This document shows positions 14,649-28,784 of a stretch of DNA of 64,000 bases, piece after piece. The position numbers and the translations under genes are program-made. Source of the DNA: the human T2T-CHM13v2.0 reference genome, Homo sapiens; NCBI RefSeq assembly GCF_009914755.1, contig NC_060935.1. One strand, given 5' to 3'. The notes under the pieces were generated by a model. That model worked only from the letters and a program-made list of their open reading frames with translations, had not been told where the DNA came from and did not search any database. The first letter of the stretch is position 1; every line of letters starts with the position of its first letter.

Positions 14649-17014
14649 TCAAACGTATTTAAAGGTTAATCATGGTCTCAGCGTTCACCAGGCCTTTGAC
14701 TTCTTCCAGTGTCTTGATATTGAGCTGCCCCTGTTAGCAGGGAGCAATGGAGTCACCTGAAGAACTGGACCCACACTGTGGCGCACGTTATTTCAATTTA
14801 CTGAAAAATCGTTTCCTAATAAACAGTTCCCTTCTGTTCTTTCATCTCGCCTGGTATGATTCTATTGTATTCAGTTCAGGGTGGATCCTTTTACACTTCA
14901 GATCACCCTTCCTCTAATTATTAATCATGTAACTACATTAGAATGCTTTGTCTTATGAAATGACGTGTTATGTACCTACATTACATCTAGTCTTTATATC
15001 ATAGTAATTCTTTAATCGTGAATTATAACACCTTTAAGAAATGAGCCCTAGTTAATCTTATGGCCACTATTTGCATGCTGTCATAAAATGTGTGAAAAAT
15101 TCAGAAGCTTCTACTGAATTTTAGTATTTTTTTTTTTCTTTAAGAGGTTTTCTTGTGTGAGTGATACACAGTGAGAATTCTAATGTTTCCAGGTCTGTGA
15201 CTACTTTGCTCCAATACCAAGATGGACAGAACAGCCCTTTGATTACCCAGGGAGACTGTCAAGTTTGCATCTGGTCAATCTCTGTTTTATATATAAGGAA
15301 ACTGAGGCACAGGGTGGGTAAGTAATTCCCTGAGCTTGGAAAGTAATGGTAATAGAATTCAGTGTATGGGCTCCAGGGCTGACTCAAATGAGAAGGGCTC
15401 TATAATCCATCTTTAATTTTTAAACTTGCTTCGTTTTCTGGAAGGTCATAAGCTACCTTTTCATAGGCTACCCTTTGCAATCTGGAAACCCCAAACAGGT
15501 TCGTCTACACAGTTTCAGACCTTTAAAACAGATTTACCAAACCTGATAGTCTCTTGCAAAGGTAAATTGCTTGCTCAGGAGGTCTGAAAGCTGCGATCAT
15601 TCAGACATGCATACTAAAGTGGGGACTCCAGCAGTAAACACTGCTTAACTCTGGCACTTTCTAGATGTACAAACATCATTTGCTCAAGAAGTCAGCTAAT
15701 TCCTCATGATGGAGGGCCTGTCGTCGTGCTCAGGAGGGAGTGTGCCTGTGTGAGCAGATTGTAGAAGCGGGATGGACCAGTTTAATGGATTAAGCTACTT
15801 AAGAAAATTTAAAAAGACTCACTGGTTAATATGCACACCCTCTTTGCTTGACGGAAACAGGCTGGCGTTTTTGATCTCCCTGGCGGGGTTGCTTTCCCAA
15901 TCAGAAGTGATAAGCCAAATAATCATTTATTTGCTGAGACATGATGGAAGATTATGGATAATTGAAGTGAACCAGAGAGACCCTTTAATCCATAGGGAAC
16001 GGGAGGTAGGTGTGATTCCCGTCCCTTTGGAGATTATTTTCTCCTGTTGCAGGGGGCCATGGGGACTAGCCGTCTCCTAGCTGAGTAGAGAAGGTCAGAG
16101 TTGTAAAGTGCAGAGGCCAGAATTGGGTCTCATCTGGGAGCTGGAGACTTGGATTCTCTGGCTAGCTCCAGCACTGCCTTTTGATGAGCTGGTTGCTCTC
16201 TGGGTTTTAGTCTCTCTCTATTAAACAAGAGGAACTATCTTCAGTACCTGCCTTTCAAGGATATTTTCAGTCCCTCAGAGGAGGAGCTCTATGTCAATCC
16301 CACTTATTATTTTTAAATGCTGAAGACTCTATCTAGGACAGGCAGATGATGTGTGTTTGCCTGCTATGGGGACGATTACGAGTCCACAGAAACAAAGAAT
16401 GAGTGGGGGAATTTGATTGTCGTCTGTTACTGCCTTACTTTATGCATGGGGAAACTGAGGCTCAGGGAAGTGAAGCAACTCCCCCAAAGCCCAGTGGTGA
16501 GTCCCATATGCCTTTCTCATTTGACCTGCTTTACAGCTTTATAGTTGTTTGGAAGGGTTCGTTCATGTGTATAGTTTGGCTGCTATTAAAGAGATCTAGG
16601 AATGATTTAAGGAGGGCTAATTATTTCTTAGGAATAATTGAGCTGAGGCCATCATGTATGAGAAGACACACAGCCAGGGTCTGCACTGGGAGGTCTTTAA
16701 CTGTGTCCTTAAAACCTGGTGTCTGGCCCCACAATCTGCTTTTCTGGATCTAAGTGACCACCACGTTCCAGCTAACCAGCCCAGATTCCAGCAGGCTTCC
16801 CATCTGACCAGGCTACACCCACTCTAGAGAGGCAGGAAGAGAAAAGGGACCCAGCCTTCTCTGACTCAGAGAGTCAGTAAGAATGTATGGAGGGAAGGAA
16901 GGAGTAACATATACTAGTACCATTTATTAAACCCCAAGTATATACCACCTGCTCTCTTATATATACTTTATCCTTCTGTCTCTTGTATGTCCACATTTTA
17001 CCTATATATATGTT

Positions 17015-17092
17015 TTATATCTATATCTATAGCTATATCCATATCTATATCTATATCTATAGCCATATCTTTGTCATTATTTGTATCTATCA
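17015..17092. repeat. degenerate (ATATCT)n simple repeat
   Basis: tatatctatatctatagctatatccatatctatatctatatctatagcc. Confidence 0.8.
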
Positions 17093-18064
17093 TCCCTCTA
17101 TCCCTCAGCAATGCTGCCAGGGATGTGGGGTTTCCTCAGTTTTACAAATGGAAAATTGAAGCTCAGAGAGGGTAGCTCACTTGTCTGAAGTTGCCACAGC
17201 TAGTTATGGTTATAAGAGAATTAGGCATTAGAACCCAAGTCTGGCTCACTCCTGAGCTCATGCTCTTTTTAACAGACTGTCTTCCCAGAAGGGAGGACAA
17301 GGGATTGGGCTTCACTGTCTGGTTTCCTTGCCTTCCCCCATCCTGCACCCTCAAACCACTTCTTCTGTGCTGGCCACCCTGGTTTTTGACTGTGCTCTGT
17401 GCCTTTGGCCCTTCCTTAGTTGCAAAAGCCAGGGGGCCCTACCAAGTCACAGCCTTGGCTATCCTCAACTGAGCCCATCTGAACCTTGCTCAGCCTTCTG
17501 CAGCCCCATGTTGAGGGGCGAGGAGGCAGATGGTGTGGACTATTCTAAGGAAGACAGCTTTACTGTGGCTTTCCTCACCCTGACTTCTTAGGGAGTTAGT
17601 ACTCAAAAAATATCTGACCTACTGGCTAGGCCTTGCTATTTCTGTTTTTGGAATGTCATGGCTTAGTAAGTTTGGTGGGTAAATCTATCTTAGGAGATAA
17701 CATTTATTTTTTCCTCCACAATCAGCTTCTGCCCTGCAACTGTTGCTGCCTTTCAGAATATGAAAAGAGCTCATAATAGATGGAATCTCCCAGAAGAAGG
17801 TCTTTGCATTTGCTCTTTCTTTTCCAGTATGAATGCTTGCCCCCTTTTATCTCGCATTCCTTTGTAGTTGGTGGGGTTTTTGAAGCGAGAATATAGTGGT
17901 AAATGCTTCCATATGTCTTTCATAGGGTTTTTTTTCCTAAAATATTAGTGTAATTTTTGTTCCTTATAATAAAATTTTAGCAATGAAACATTTTTTTAAA
18001 GGGTAGCGAAAAGTTACCAAGAATAGCACAAATCCCGCTGTGTGCCTGCACCCAGTTCCACTGA

Positions 18065-18393
<329 letters not shown>

Positions 18394-18479
18394 CAGATTT
18401 TTTTTTAAGACAAATCTTGCAGTTGAAGTTCATTATGTACGATCCCAGTTGCCAGAGGTACCCATGATCCTGAATTTGA

Positions 18480-18783
<304 letters not shown>

Positions 18784-19150
18784 CTGAATTTGATATTTAC
18801 CTCTCCTGTACATTTAAAAAATCTGTATGTACCCATTAAAATAGTATTTTTTAAACAGGATGTAGGTGATATTCTGCAGTTCGCTCTTTTCACTTAGCAG
18901 TAAGTTTCTCAGATTTACCTATGTTGAGTGATGTAAACCCTAGTTCATTTAATTGAAGCTCTGAGTAGCCTTTTCATTGTGTGAATGTACCCTGTTTTCT
19001 CATCCATTCTCCTTTTGATGAACATTTAGTTTGTCTTACAGTTTTGTATTATAGTAGTGTCTCACTGAATGTTCTCTTGCTGTCGCCCTGTGCACATATA
19101 CATGTTTGTCCCTAGGCCTAGGGTATCTATTAGGATTGGCTGGGTCAAAG

Positions 19151-19780
19151 TGTCAGAGGCATTTAAACCAGAGTGATTCCATCTTAATAGGGGCTGGATA
19201 AAATGAGGCTGAGACCTACTGGGCCACATTCCCGGGAGGTTAGGCATTCTAAGTCACAGGATGAGATAGGAGGTCAGTAGAACATACAGGTCATAAAGAC
19301 CTGCTGATACAACAGATTTCAGTAAAGAAGCCAGCTAAAACCCACCAAAAGCGAGATGGCGAGGAACATGACCTCTGGTCGTCCTCATTGCTCATTATAT
19401 GCTAATTACGATGCATTAGCATGCTAAAAGACACTCCCACAAGTGCCATAACAGTTTCCAAATGCCATAGCAACATCAGGAATTTACCCTATATGGTCTA
19501 AAATGGGGAGGAGTCCTCACTTCCAGGAATTGCCCACCCCTTTCCTAGAAAACTTATGAATAATCCACCCTGTGTTTAGCATGTAATCAAGAAATAACCA
19601 TAAAAATGAGCAACCAGCAGCCATTGGGGCTGCTTTGCCTATGGAGTAGGCATTCTTTTATTCTTTTGCTTTCTTAATAAACTTGCTCTCACGTTACTTT
19701 GGATTCGCCTTGAATTCTTTCTTACATGAGATCCAAGAACCCTCTCTTGGAGTTTGGGTCGGGACCCTTTTCCAGTAACA
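19151..19780 (+). mobile_element. MER41B solo LTR (ERV1)
   Basis: TGTCAGAGGC...CAGTAACA, 630 bp, TG..CA ends, 4-bp TSD AAAG (19147-50 / 19781-84); carries the B-type segment with tandem GAS sites; sits inside an old L1M (about 18820-20270). Confidence 0.92.
19521..19550 (+). promoter_or_regulatory. tandem STAT GAS motifs within MER41B
   Basis: TTCCAGGAA (19521-29) and TTCCTAGAA (19542-50), both TTCNNNGAA. Confidence 0.7.
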
Positions 19781-21171
19781 AAAGTGTGTGAGCTTCACTA
19801 GGAGTTGCCAAATTGCTCTTCAGATGTGCCGTGTATGAGTTCCTGTTCCTCCCCATCTTCTTGCCACTTAAGAATGTCAGGCTTCAAATTTTTGCAAGTT
19901 GGGTGTAAAAGAGAGCCCTCTTGTTCCATTAATCATTCTTTGATTACAAGTGAGATTGAGTATATATTAAGTGGCTATTTGAGTTTCCTCATCGGTGAAA
20001 GTACCTGTTCATGGGCTTTGTCCATTTTTCTACTGGGCTGCTTGTATTTTCTTATATCATTTTGTCAGAAAATTCTAGATATTGATACTTCGTGGGTTAT
20101 ACATGTGGCAGATAATCTTTTTCTAGTTTGTGGCTTCTCTTTCAACTTTGTTTATATCTATTGATGATTAGGAGTCTTACATTTTAATGCAGTTGTATTT
20201 ATCAGTCTTCTCCTTTGTGGCCTCTCCTTTGAGTCTTATTTAAGAATTTCTTCCTTACCCTGAGCTCATAGAGATACATTTTGGGGCCTATATGAAGATC
20301 ATTTTGCTTTTCTGGCCTTATTGCTTAGTTGGCTTTGGTATTTTCCTTATTTGCCCTGCCTGGAGGCATCTGCATGGAGCAGAAGAGAGACTATCGAATG
20401 GTTCCCAGTGGCTGTGGAAATTGCTGCAGTTGTTCTTGGGCACAAGGGGCTGGGCTGAACTTGAGGTTGTAGCAAAATCCTTCTTTTTGGGCAGTGGCTG
20501 TTCCTGAGAGGTGCTGAAGTGCAGAGTCGATTGGCTCTCTCATAAGCCCTGGCTTATCACAAGCCAGATAAAATTGGTCGTAAAGTTGTCTCCTCCTTCA
20601 GTTTAGTGGCATGCCTAGCTCACTTCCTCCTGCTGCTGCTGATTGAGCTGAAAAGACAGAAGGCATAGGAGGATGGCTCCTGCTCTGGGTTCTCTCCCAG
20701 GTCTGACCGGCAGCCAGCCCTTGGCAAGGACATGGGTGTGAGTGAAAAGCAAGCGCTTGCAAAAGTTCTTCCAGAAGCTCTTGACTTCAGTGCCTTTACT
20801 CCTGGGAGCCCAGAAGTGTTCTTCACCCCAGTCTCATTTATCCATTGCATATTGCGTGGCAGATTATAAATGGGGTCAACTCCTGTTTAGATAAATTCAC
20901 AGAATTTAAGAATGTCAGAACTGGAAAGGTTCTTAAGGTTCAACAGGTTCTGTTGCCTGTTCATGCAGTCAATAGGCATTTGTGGAGAGTCTTCCAGGCA
21001 CCTGGCACTTGCTAGTTGCTGAGGATGCAGCAGCAAGAAGACATGGTGTTGGGAGCAGCCAGTCAACAACGGGGCTCATTTCAGAGTGGTGGATGTGATG
21101 GGATAGGGAGGATATGCCTTGGGATTGGCCACTTCTGTCATTTTCTTATTTTACATAAGCCTGTAGTTGTC

Positions 21172-21558
21172 TAGTGCAGGGAGTCGGTTGGCAAATGGGC
21201 TAAAGTCAGCCATCACCTGCTTGTAGACACTCTTCTGAACCAGGTATGGCTTTTACATATTTAAATGGTTGGGAAAAAAATCAGACATTTATAATATATT
21301 TTGATAATGGGAAGCACTAACTTTGAACCTCAATTAAGTGAAATGTTAATTACCCTTCCCAAAAAGAATTCCATTTTTTTTCTTAGTAGACCTATATTAC
21401 AGAAAATTGTTCCCAATGATTATGAAAATATTTTGAATTTAATCAATAAAAAATTTGTAGAATATTCTTTTCTCTCCTCTTATATAGGTACCTTAATTTG
21501 GCTTCTTGGCCTACACTGCCTGAAATATTTACTCTGGCCATTTGCAGACTTGTTCTAG
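21172..21558. mobile_element. MER58-type hAT-Charlie element
   Basis: ggttggcaaa..., tttacatatttaaatggttggg, cttcttggcc..gcctgaaatatttactctggcc. Confidence 0.6.
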
Positions 21559-21666
21559 CTGTGTGACCTTGGGCAAGTTACTTCTTCAGTTTCAGTTTCC
21601 TCATCTGCAAAATGGAAATGGTGCCTGTTTCATAGGGCAATTGTAAGGAGTAAAAAAGAACTGAAG

Positions 21667-22022
<356 letters not shown>

Positions 22023-23123
22023 CTAGTGAAAAGTCCATAATAATTGCTATCTTGAGGGCTGTTAAAGGGAGCAGGAGGAGGGATGGGACAAGGGTGGCGC
22101 CCAGTGCTCATCTTGGAGGTCAGTATCATGACAAACAGCATCTTCCAGAGTTGCTGTCAGACCCCCAAACTGTGGACTTTGGATCTCACAAAGGCCGTAT
22201 CCCGATGGCTCTGCAAACCCCCACTAGATTAACACTGCTGCAACATAATTTTCCTCATGAAATGCACTGAAGCATAACTAAAAAAATGTAAGTAGCAGCT
22301 ATCAGGCCCTTAATGAGGCTATAAATACAGCACGAAAATAATTCATAAAACTATTTCCTGGTGAAAAACTGTCCTTTACCTAGACCTCTTTGCTTGCCCC
22401 ATTAATAACAGCCATTGGCTTTCTTTACTAACTCGCTTTGTAAGAAAGGAACGAAGCCTTTATCATTTTGTGACTCATGCTGCTTTACCCTTGTAGGAGA
22501 AACAACCATATAGCTATACAAAGTGCAGACACCTCATGGCACAGTAGGCAGCTAGGCCCACTCACTATCCCGGTGACTGGCTCCATCCATCAGTTGTTCC
22601 TGCTGCAGAATTGCACACCATCTTCTTTTAGGGTCATAGGCAGTGTAAATATGAAATCTGTGGATATCAATAGCCAGTGGTCCTGGGCTGAACCCAGGGG
22701 TCATGTTATACCTTCTCACCAATTTCCCTGGGCTGTCTTCCTTGAACAGATGGGTAAATGGAGGCTGGGGCTACTGGAATGAGCTCACAGGGCAGGGTTG
22801 CCTGAAGAGTCTAGACAGAGCTAGAGATCTGGCTGTGCTCAGGGGCTTAGACCCAGAAGGCCCATCTTCGCCCCAAACTCAGACAGCCTTGTGTGACTCT
22901 TCTTGGTGACAGCTAGAGTGCTCCTCATAGTCAGGCTCCAGCAGGAAGCAGTTTGATGGGAACCGAATGGGAAGTGCACAGGACAGATGTCTCTGGTTCC
23001 TTCTGTCACTGATGCTACTGTGTGGAGCAACCTAGAGTCGAGGAGGTCTTCAGGGACTTTCTGGGGATGTTTGTAAACAGATCACTGCAGAGCCGCTCAC
23101 TCACTGGCCTGTGCCTGTGCATG

Positions 23124-23125
<2 letters not shown>

Positions 23126-23157
<32 letters not shown>
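23126..23157. repeat. (GT)16 microsatellite
   Basis: perfect dinucleotide run. Confidence 0.97.
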
Positions 23158-23160
<3 letters not shown>

Positions 23161-24474
23161 TTTGAAGAAGACAGTCACGGAAAACAGACAGTGGCCTTCA
23201 GTGGCCTCATGACACTATGTTTGTTGGCACTGGGCAGTGGAAAGAGGTGGTTAATTCTCTGGGGAGGTTCTAGACAAGATCCGTTTGAGATCTGCAAAAC
23301 CAAATGCTAAGCCGTATGTGTGTCTGTACCTATGTATGGGTGTATGTCTTGCTTTTGCTGTTCATTGAGCCTTCAGATCCAGATTGTCAGGAAGCAGAGG
23401 ATAAAAATGAAGGCCACTGGGCAGAAGTTGGAAAGCAGGGCTGTCATGGTTTCCAGATGTCAGTTCTAGATTGCATCATGACAAGGGGTCCCCCTAGGGC
23501 AGGAAGAACAGCAGTAGGAGAGGAGAGAGCCAGGAGGACTCCAGCTGGTAGGATGGAATTCCCATTTCTCAGCTGGAAAAGTCAACATCACTAACTGCAT
23601 GTTCTGGAGTAATTTGAGTGGAATGCAGCAGCTGTCTGAGTTTTTGTAGTTGCCCCAGTTTGGGCCCCCTTGTCAAATATAAATTTGTGGGAGCCAGCAG
23701 TTTTGGAAGAAGCTTCTGCAGCAGGCTGTTTGCCTTTGTCCAATAGAATGGGACTTGTAATTTTTTTTTTTTCATTCTTGGTGCAGATGGTGTAGTTATT
23801 TTAAGTAAGTGATGTGCTGCAGTGAAAATGGGCAACTCTTTTTCATTTTTCAGCTTAATGAAAAAAAGAGAAGGGAGGAGGAGAAACCCCAGCTAGCCAA
23901 CTTCGTGCTAATGCTTGTCTTTTTTGGATTCTAAATGTGTCCCAAGGCACTAAGATGGGATAAATATTTCAGCCACTAGAAAGTCCTGCTGTCGGCCTGA
24001 AAAGATTTCTAACCTCTTTTAAAGCAGACTGGGTAGTAATTTACTTGTACAAATCCAGACACCCCCATGTCCCTTATTTTAACTATGTATGTACAGATTC
24101 CACTCACATTCTAGGGGGATGAGGCAAGGGGCAGGTGGAACTTTCTAGGGAAGAGTATGGGGGAAAGGGAGGAAATAAATTAGTGCCTGAACACTTGGCT
24201 TTCTTCTTAGAGTGGTTATAAGTATTTACTGGAGACCTACAGAGTGGTCAGGTGCCCACTGAACACAGTTGAACAAAACAGTGCCTCTCTGCCTTCACGG
24301 AGTGTTCAGTCTAGATGGAGAGACAGTACAGACACACCAGTAAGCAAAAGCTGGGTTAAAGGAAAACAGGACACTACCAGCGTGAAAAACGGGGACCAGC
24401 TTTAGATTGAGTGTCCATGAAGGGACCTGAAGAAGTGATGTAAGCTGAGGTCTGGATGAATGAGGTTGGCCAAG

Positions 24475-24920
24475 TGTATTAGTTTGCTCGGGCTGCTGTG
24501 AGGTTGGTGCAGAAGTAATTGCCTTGTGCATTATGCAGTTACTTCTGCACCAACCTAACATAGCAAAGTCCACAGACTGGGTGGCTGAAATGACAGAAGT
24601 TTGTTTTCCCACAGTGCTGGAGGCTAGAAGTCTGAGATGGAGGTGCAGGATTAGCATCCTCTGAGGCCCCTCTTTCTTGGCTAATGAGTGGTCGTCTTTT
24701 CCCTGTGTCCTCACATGGTCTTCCCTCTTACATGGTCTCTTTCCTGATGTCTTCTTAGAGGGACATCAGTCATATGGAATTAGGGCCCACCCTAATGCCA
24801 TTGTTTTAACTTCATTACCTCTTTAAAGATCCTCATCTCCAAATACAGTCACATTCGGAGGTTCTAGGGTTTAGGACTTCAACATGTAAATTTTGGGGGG
24901 ACACAATTGAGCCTGTTACA
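24475..24920 (-). mobile_element. MLT1B-like MaLR LTR
   Basis: tgtattagtttgctcgggctgc...ggacacaattgagcctgttaca. Confidence 0.85.
24499..24558. mobile_element. MADE1 (Hsmar1 MITE), internally shortened
   Basis: aggttggtgcagaagtaattgc ... gcagttacttctgcaccaacctaa, Hsmar1 TIR palindrome. Confidence 0.88.
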
Positions 24921-25206
24921 CAGATGAAAGGTAGGTGGAAGAATGTCCGGGGTCAGCAAACAGCACATCTGGAGGCCTCACAGCAGGGGGCACTGAGATG
25001 TGTTGCAGGAGATGGTTCGAAATGAATATCTAGAAGCAGGCAGCAACTGGACCATGCTGGGCTTTGTAAACTATGGCCAGAGTTTTAGATTTATTCTGAG
25101 GACACGGAGAACCCATCAGTGCATTTTAAAATCTCACTCTGTGTGAAGAGAAGGACCTGGAAGGAGTGAGAAGTGAGAAGTCCAAAGGTTTTTTAATTAA
25201 GAAACT

Positions 25207-25424
25207 AAGGTTTGTCAACCTCAGCACTATTGACATTTTCAGCGGGATGACTCTTCATTGTGGGGGCTGTCTTGTGTATTGCAGGAGGTATAGCAACATC
25301 TCTGGACTCTGCCCATTAGACGCCAATAGCACCCCCATCTCCCCATCATGACAACCCAAAATGTCTCCAGACAGTGCCATATGTTCCCAGGGGGGCAAAA
25401 TTGATCCCTGTTGAAAACCCATGG
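25207..25424 (-). mobile_element. MER20
   Basis: caacctcagcactattgacatttt...aaaatgtctccagaca...gggggcaaaatt. Confidence 0.85.
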
Positions 25425-25526
25425 TTGAAAAGGGCAAGAGATAATGGCGGCTTGGATTGGGTGGTGCCAGTTGAGTGATGCAAATTGGATGGGTTTGAGG
25501 CAGGTTTTTGAAGACAGAATCAATAA

Positions 25527-25854
<328 letters not shown>

Positions 25855-28534
25855 CTCCTCATGCTTTGAGTTTGATGATGTCACTTCCCTAAAGCACACG
25901 GCTGTGCACCAGCTGCATGCCTAATGCGGTTGCTCAGAAGAGCAAAAAGCATGTGCCTCTCTGTTATTGTTCACCAGGCCCCAGGATCCCTGGTCCTGCT
26001 GAGAAAGCACTTTGAGCCCCATGGCTGGCAGGACCACCTGTGTGTAACAGACATGGTATTTAGTCTCTGCATCCACCCATCCATTTGTCAAGTCCATGTG
26101 CCGCCAGCCTTATTGATTCTCAGAGCAAGTACTTTGGAATCTAATCTGGCCAATTTTCCCGCTCCAAAAATCTGTTTATCAGAACAAGATTTCACAGTTG
26201 CAGTGACGTTTCCAGGGGGGCTTGCCTTCGAGGAGCTAACTCTACAAATGCAAGTGTAAGTATTTCCAAACAAAGCAGAATGACCCTTACATTCCAGGCC
26301 CCTGAAGAGTTCTCTGCTACAGAGCAGTTCTCTAACAACAGAGCAGTTGTTAGCAAACAGCTGGAATGTGGGGGTTTTCTGGGTTGAGCATTCGTTGTCT
26401 GGCTAGTATCCAGTACCTGGCTGCCCTTCTAGGGTCCCCCTCAAGCCCTTGCCTGGAGATGGTGAATTGGTTTCATGTTCTTCTCAGGGTTGTTGGTGGC
26501 TTTCTGGAGTCCGGTCTTGAGAGGGAGTCTCATATTGATTCTTGGCTTGGTGGAACAGAGCATCATGATTAATTAGGGATGGCTGACTTTGCACTACAAT
26601 AGGAGAAATTGCAGCAGAATAGGAGAAATAGTAGCATAATACCTTTGCATTTCCTAACAATCAGAGCTGCATGATTTTTGAATTCCATGTTGTTCCATGC
26701 TCTGGGCTACGTCTTCCTGCACAGAGTCTTTGCTGACACTGTTCTCTAGACCTGAAGGGTGCTTACTTTTTATCTCTGTGTGTCTATCAACATCCACTGT
26801 AGATGCTACCCTCTTTCTCGGAATCTTTTTTGATTTATTTGAATTTTGACTTTATCTTAAGGACACCAGGGAGCCATTCAATGACCTTTTAAAGTTAAGA
26901 AATGATTCATTTGGTGTTTAGACAGATCCTTCTGGCCACAGAGGGGAGAGTGGGTTGGAGAGGGGCAAGCTGGCAGGCAGGGAGGCCAAGTTGGGAAGTT
27001 GTGCTGTGCAGCAATCCCTGTAAGAAAGGGTGGCTGCTTTGGCTGGAGTCGCAACTGTGGCAATGGAGACTCGGGGACTGGCCACATATAGGGGTTGATA
27101 GATTGAGGAGGGGACAAGGGAGATTTCTAGGATTCTGATGTGGGCAGTTGGGCAGGGTAGAGCCCCTCATTGTAGTTTCTCTCCTGGAGTTCTCCAGTGA
27201 GCGATGAAAGCTCATTTTCAGTAATGAAACGTGCATGTGCGTTATTAATTCTGTATAATGCAGCAGATGGTCTACAAGGGAAATTCCATGCAACAAGGCC
27301 GGTGGGGTGTTGCTTGCCTGTGACGGTGTCCATTGCAATTGGTTGTTGCCCGCTTGTTCTAGTTATAAAATATTTTTAGTATCACCCCAGTGGTACTATC
27401 ACCAGACTACAGAATTAGTGCTCATCTGTGTTTGGAAAAGCCAGGGGACACGTCAGAGGAAAGGCGACATATTTGTTTGCTGAAGGGTGTGTATGGATTT
27501 ACTGGGAGACCCAGCAGGCCGAAGGGCATCCCTGGTAAAAAGAACAGCACGCATAAAGGATAGTGGCCTGTAGGAGGATATGATGTTAGGGATCTGGAAA
27601 TCTAGAGATGCTTCTCTTTGGCAAGGTTTATGAAAGAGAATCAGGGACCTTCTCTTCTGCTACCCCGAGGCGGGTCTAGACATCCCTGTTCTTATTTTGC
27701 TGTGTGTGCCTTTCCAGCCTAAAGGTATAATAAGCCCTAGCCTTTATCTCTGCATCTTTAGAACATAGCACAAGTATCTGGTCATAAATGTCCAGTAAAT
27801 GCTTATGGAATGACTCAGGAGGGAGCTCTGGAGTTGTGGTGTGCTGAAGGACTGGTCTTTTTTTTTTTTTTTCCTGCTTTTCCCCAAAACTCTTTTACTC
27901 ACATGGCTCCTTATCTCTCAGCCATTGATCACAATGGATCAGACTGGTCAGATCGATCAGATCCTGGCTCCCTTGAAAATCTCCCCCCAGGGTCCACTGG
28001 TAGATGAACTCAGCACCCTGCCCACCTCCACCGCCACAGCACTGGTGTTCTCTATTTGCTTTCTAGCCTGAGGGTTGGCTGTTCGGGTTGGGGGCTTTGG
28101 CACTTTATGACCATGTTCAGTGGAGTTGAATCTGAACTTGCAGCTTGGTTCTCAGCTTCCAGTAACTCTTGAAAGGCAATTCCATGACCTTGGGACCCTG
28201 GTGGAGGTTACAAATCCCAAGTTCAAGATTCAATGTGGCCTTTTCTACCTGTGCCACCTCAGGCAGGTTGGTTTTATAGGTCTGGGCTCCTGTTTCCTAG
28301 AGTGAAATGATCTCCCGGTATTCCTTCCAACTTGGCCCAACTTCAAGGATTCTGTGATTGTAAGGGCTACAGAGTGTGAGGCCTGGAAAGATCTTGCAGT
28401 TCCTAATGTTGGAGACATTGGGAGTCCAGTGCTCACTCCTGTCTAGAATTTTAATTTTTAACCACTGCTGATGGCCAGAAAAGAACATTTGGATTTTACA
28501 ACCAGTCTTTGATGGAGAAAGAAAAAAAGTCAGT

Positions 28535-28725
28535 GAACACCCATTTTGTGCCTGACATTCAAGTATGTTTGTTCCCTGTATTTCTCCATTTAGTCCTCTC
28601 AGAATCTCTGGAGGTGGACTGGGGCAGATTATTAGTCCATTTCACAGATGAGGAAACTGAAGGTCAGAGAGGTTGAGTCATCTACCAGAAGTCTCACCTA
28701 TACCAAACCACACACCTTTCAGTTG
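28535..28725 (-). mobile_element. MIR immediately upstream of the exon 2 acceptor
   Basis: ccatttcacagatgaggaaactgaaggtcagagaggttgagtca. Confidence 0.7.
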
Positions 28726-28784
28726 AGGGGCGCTGAGGTCCCTGCTGTTGCTGTGCCATCTGACCTGTCCCCTCTCTCTGACAG

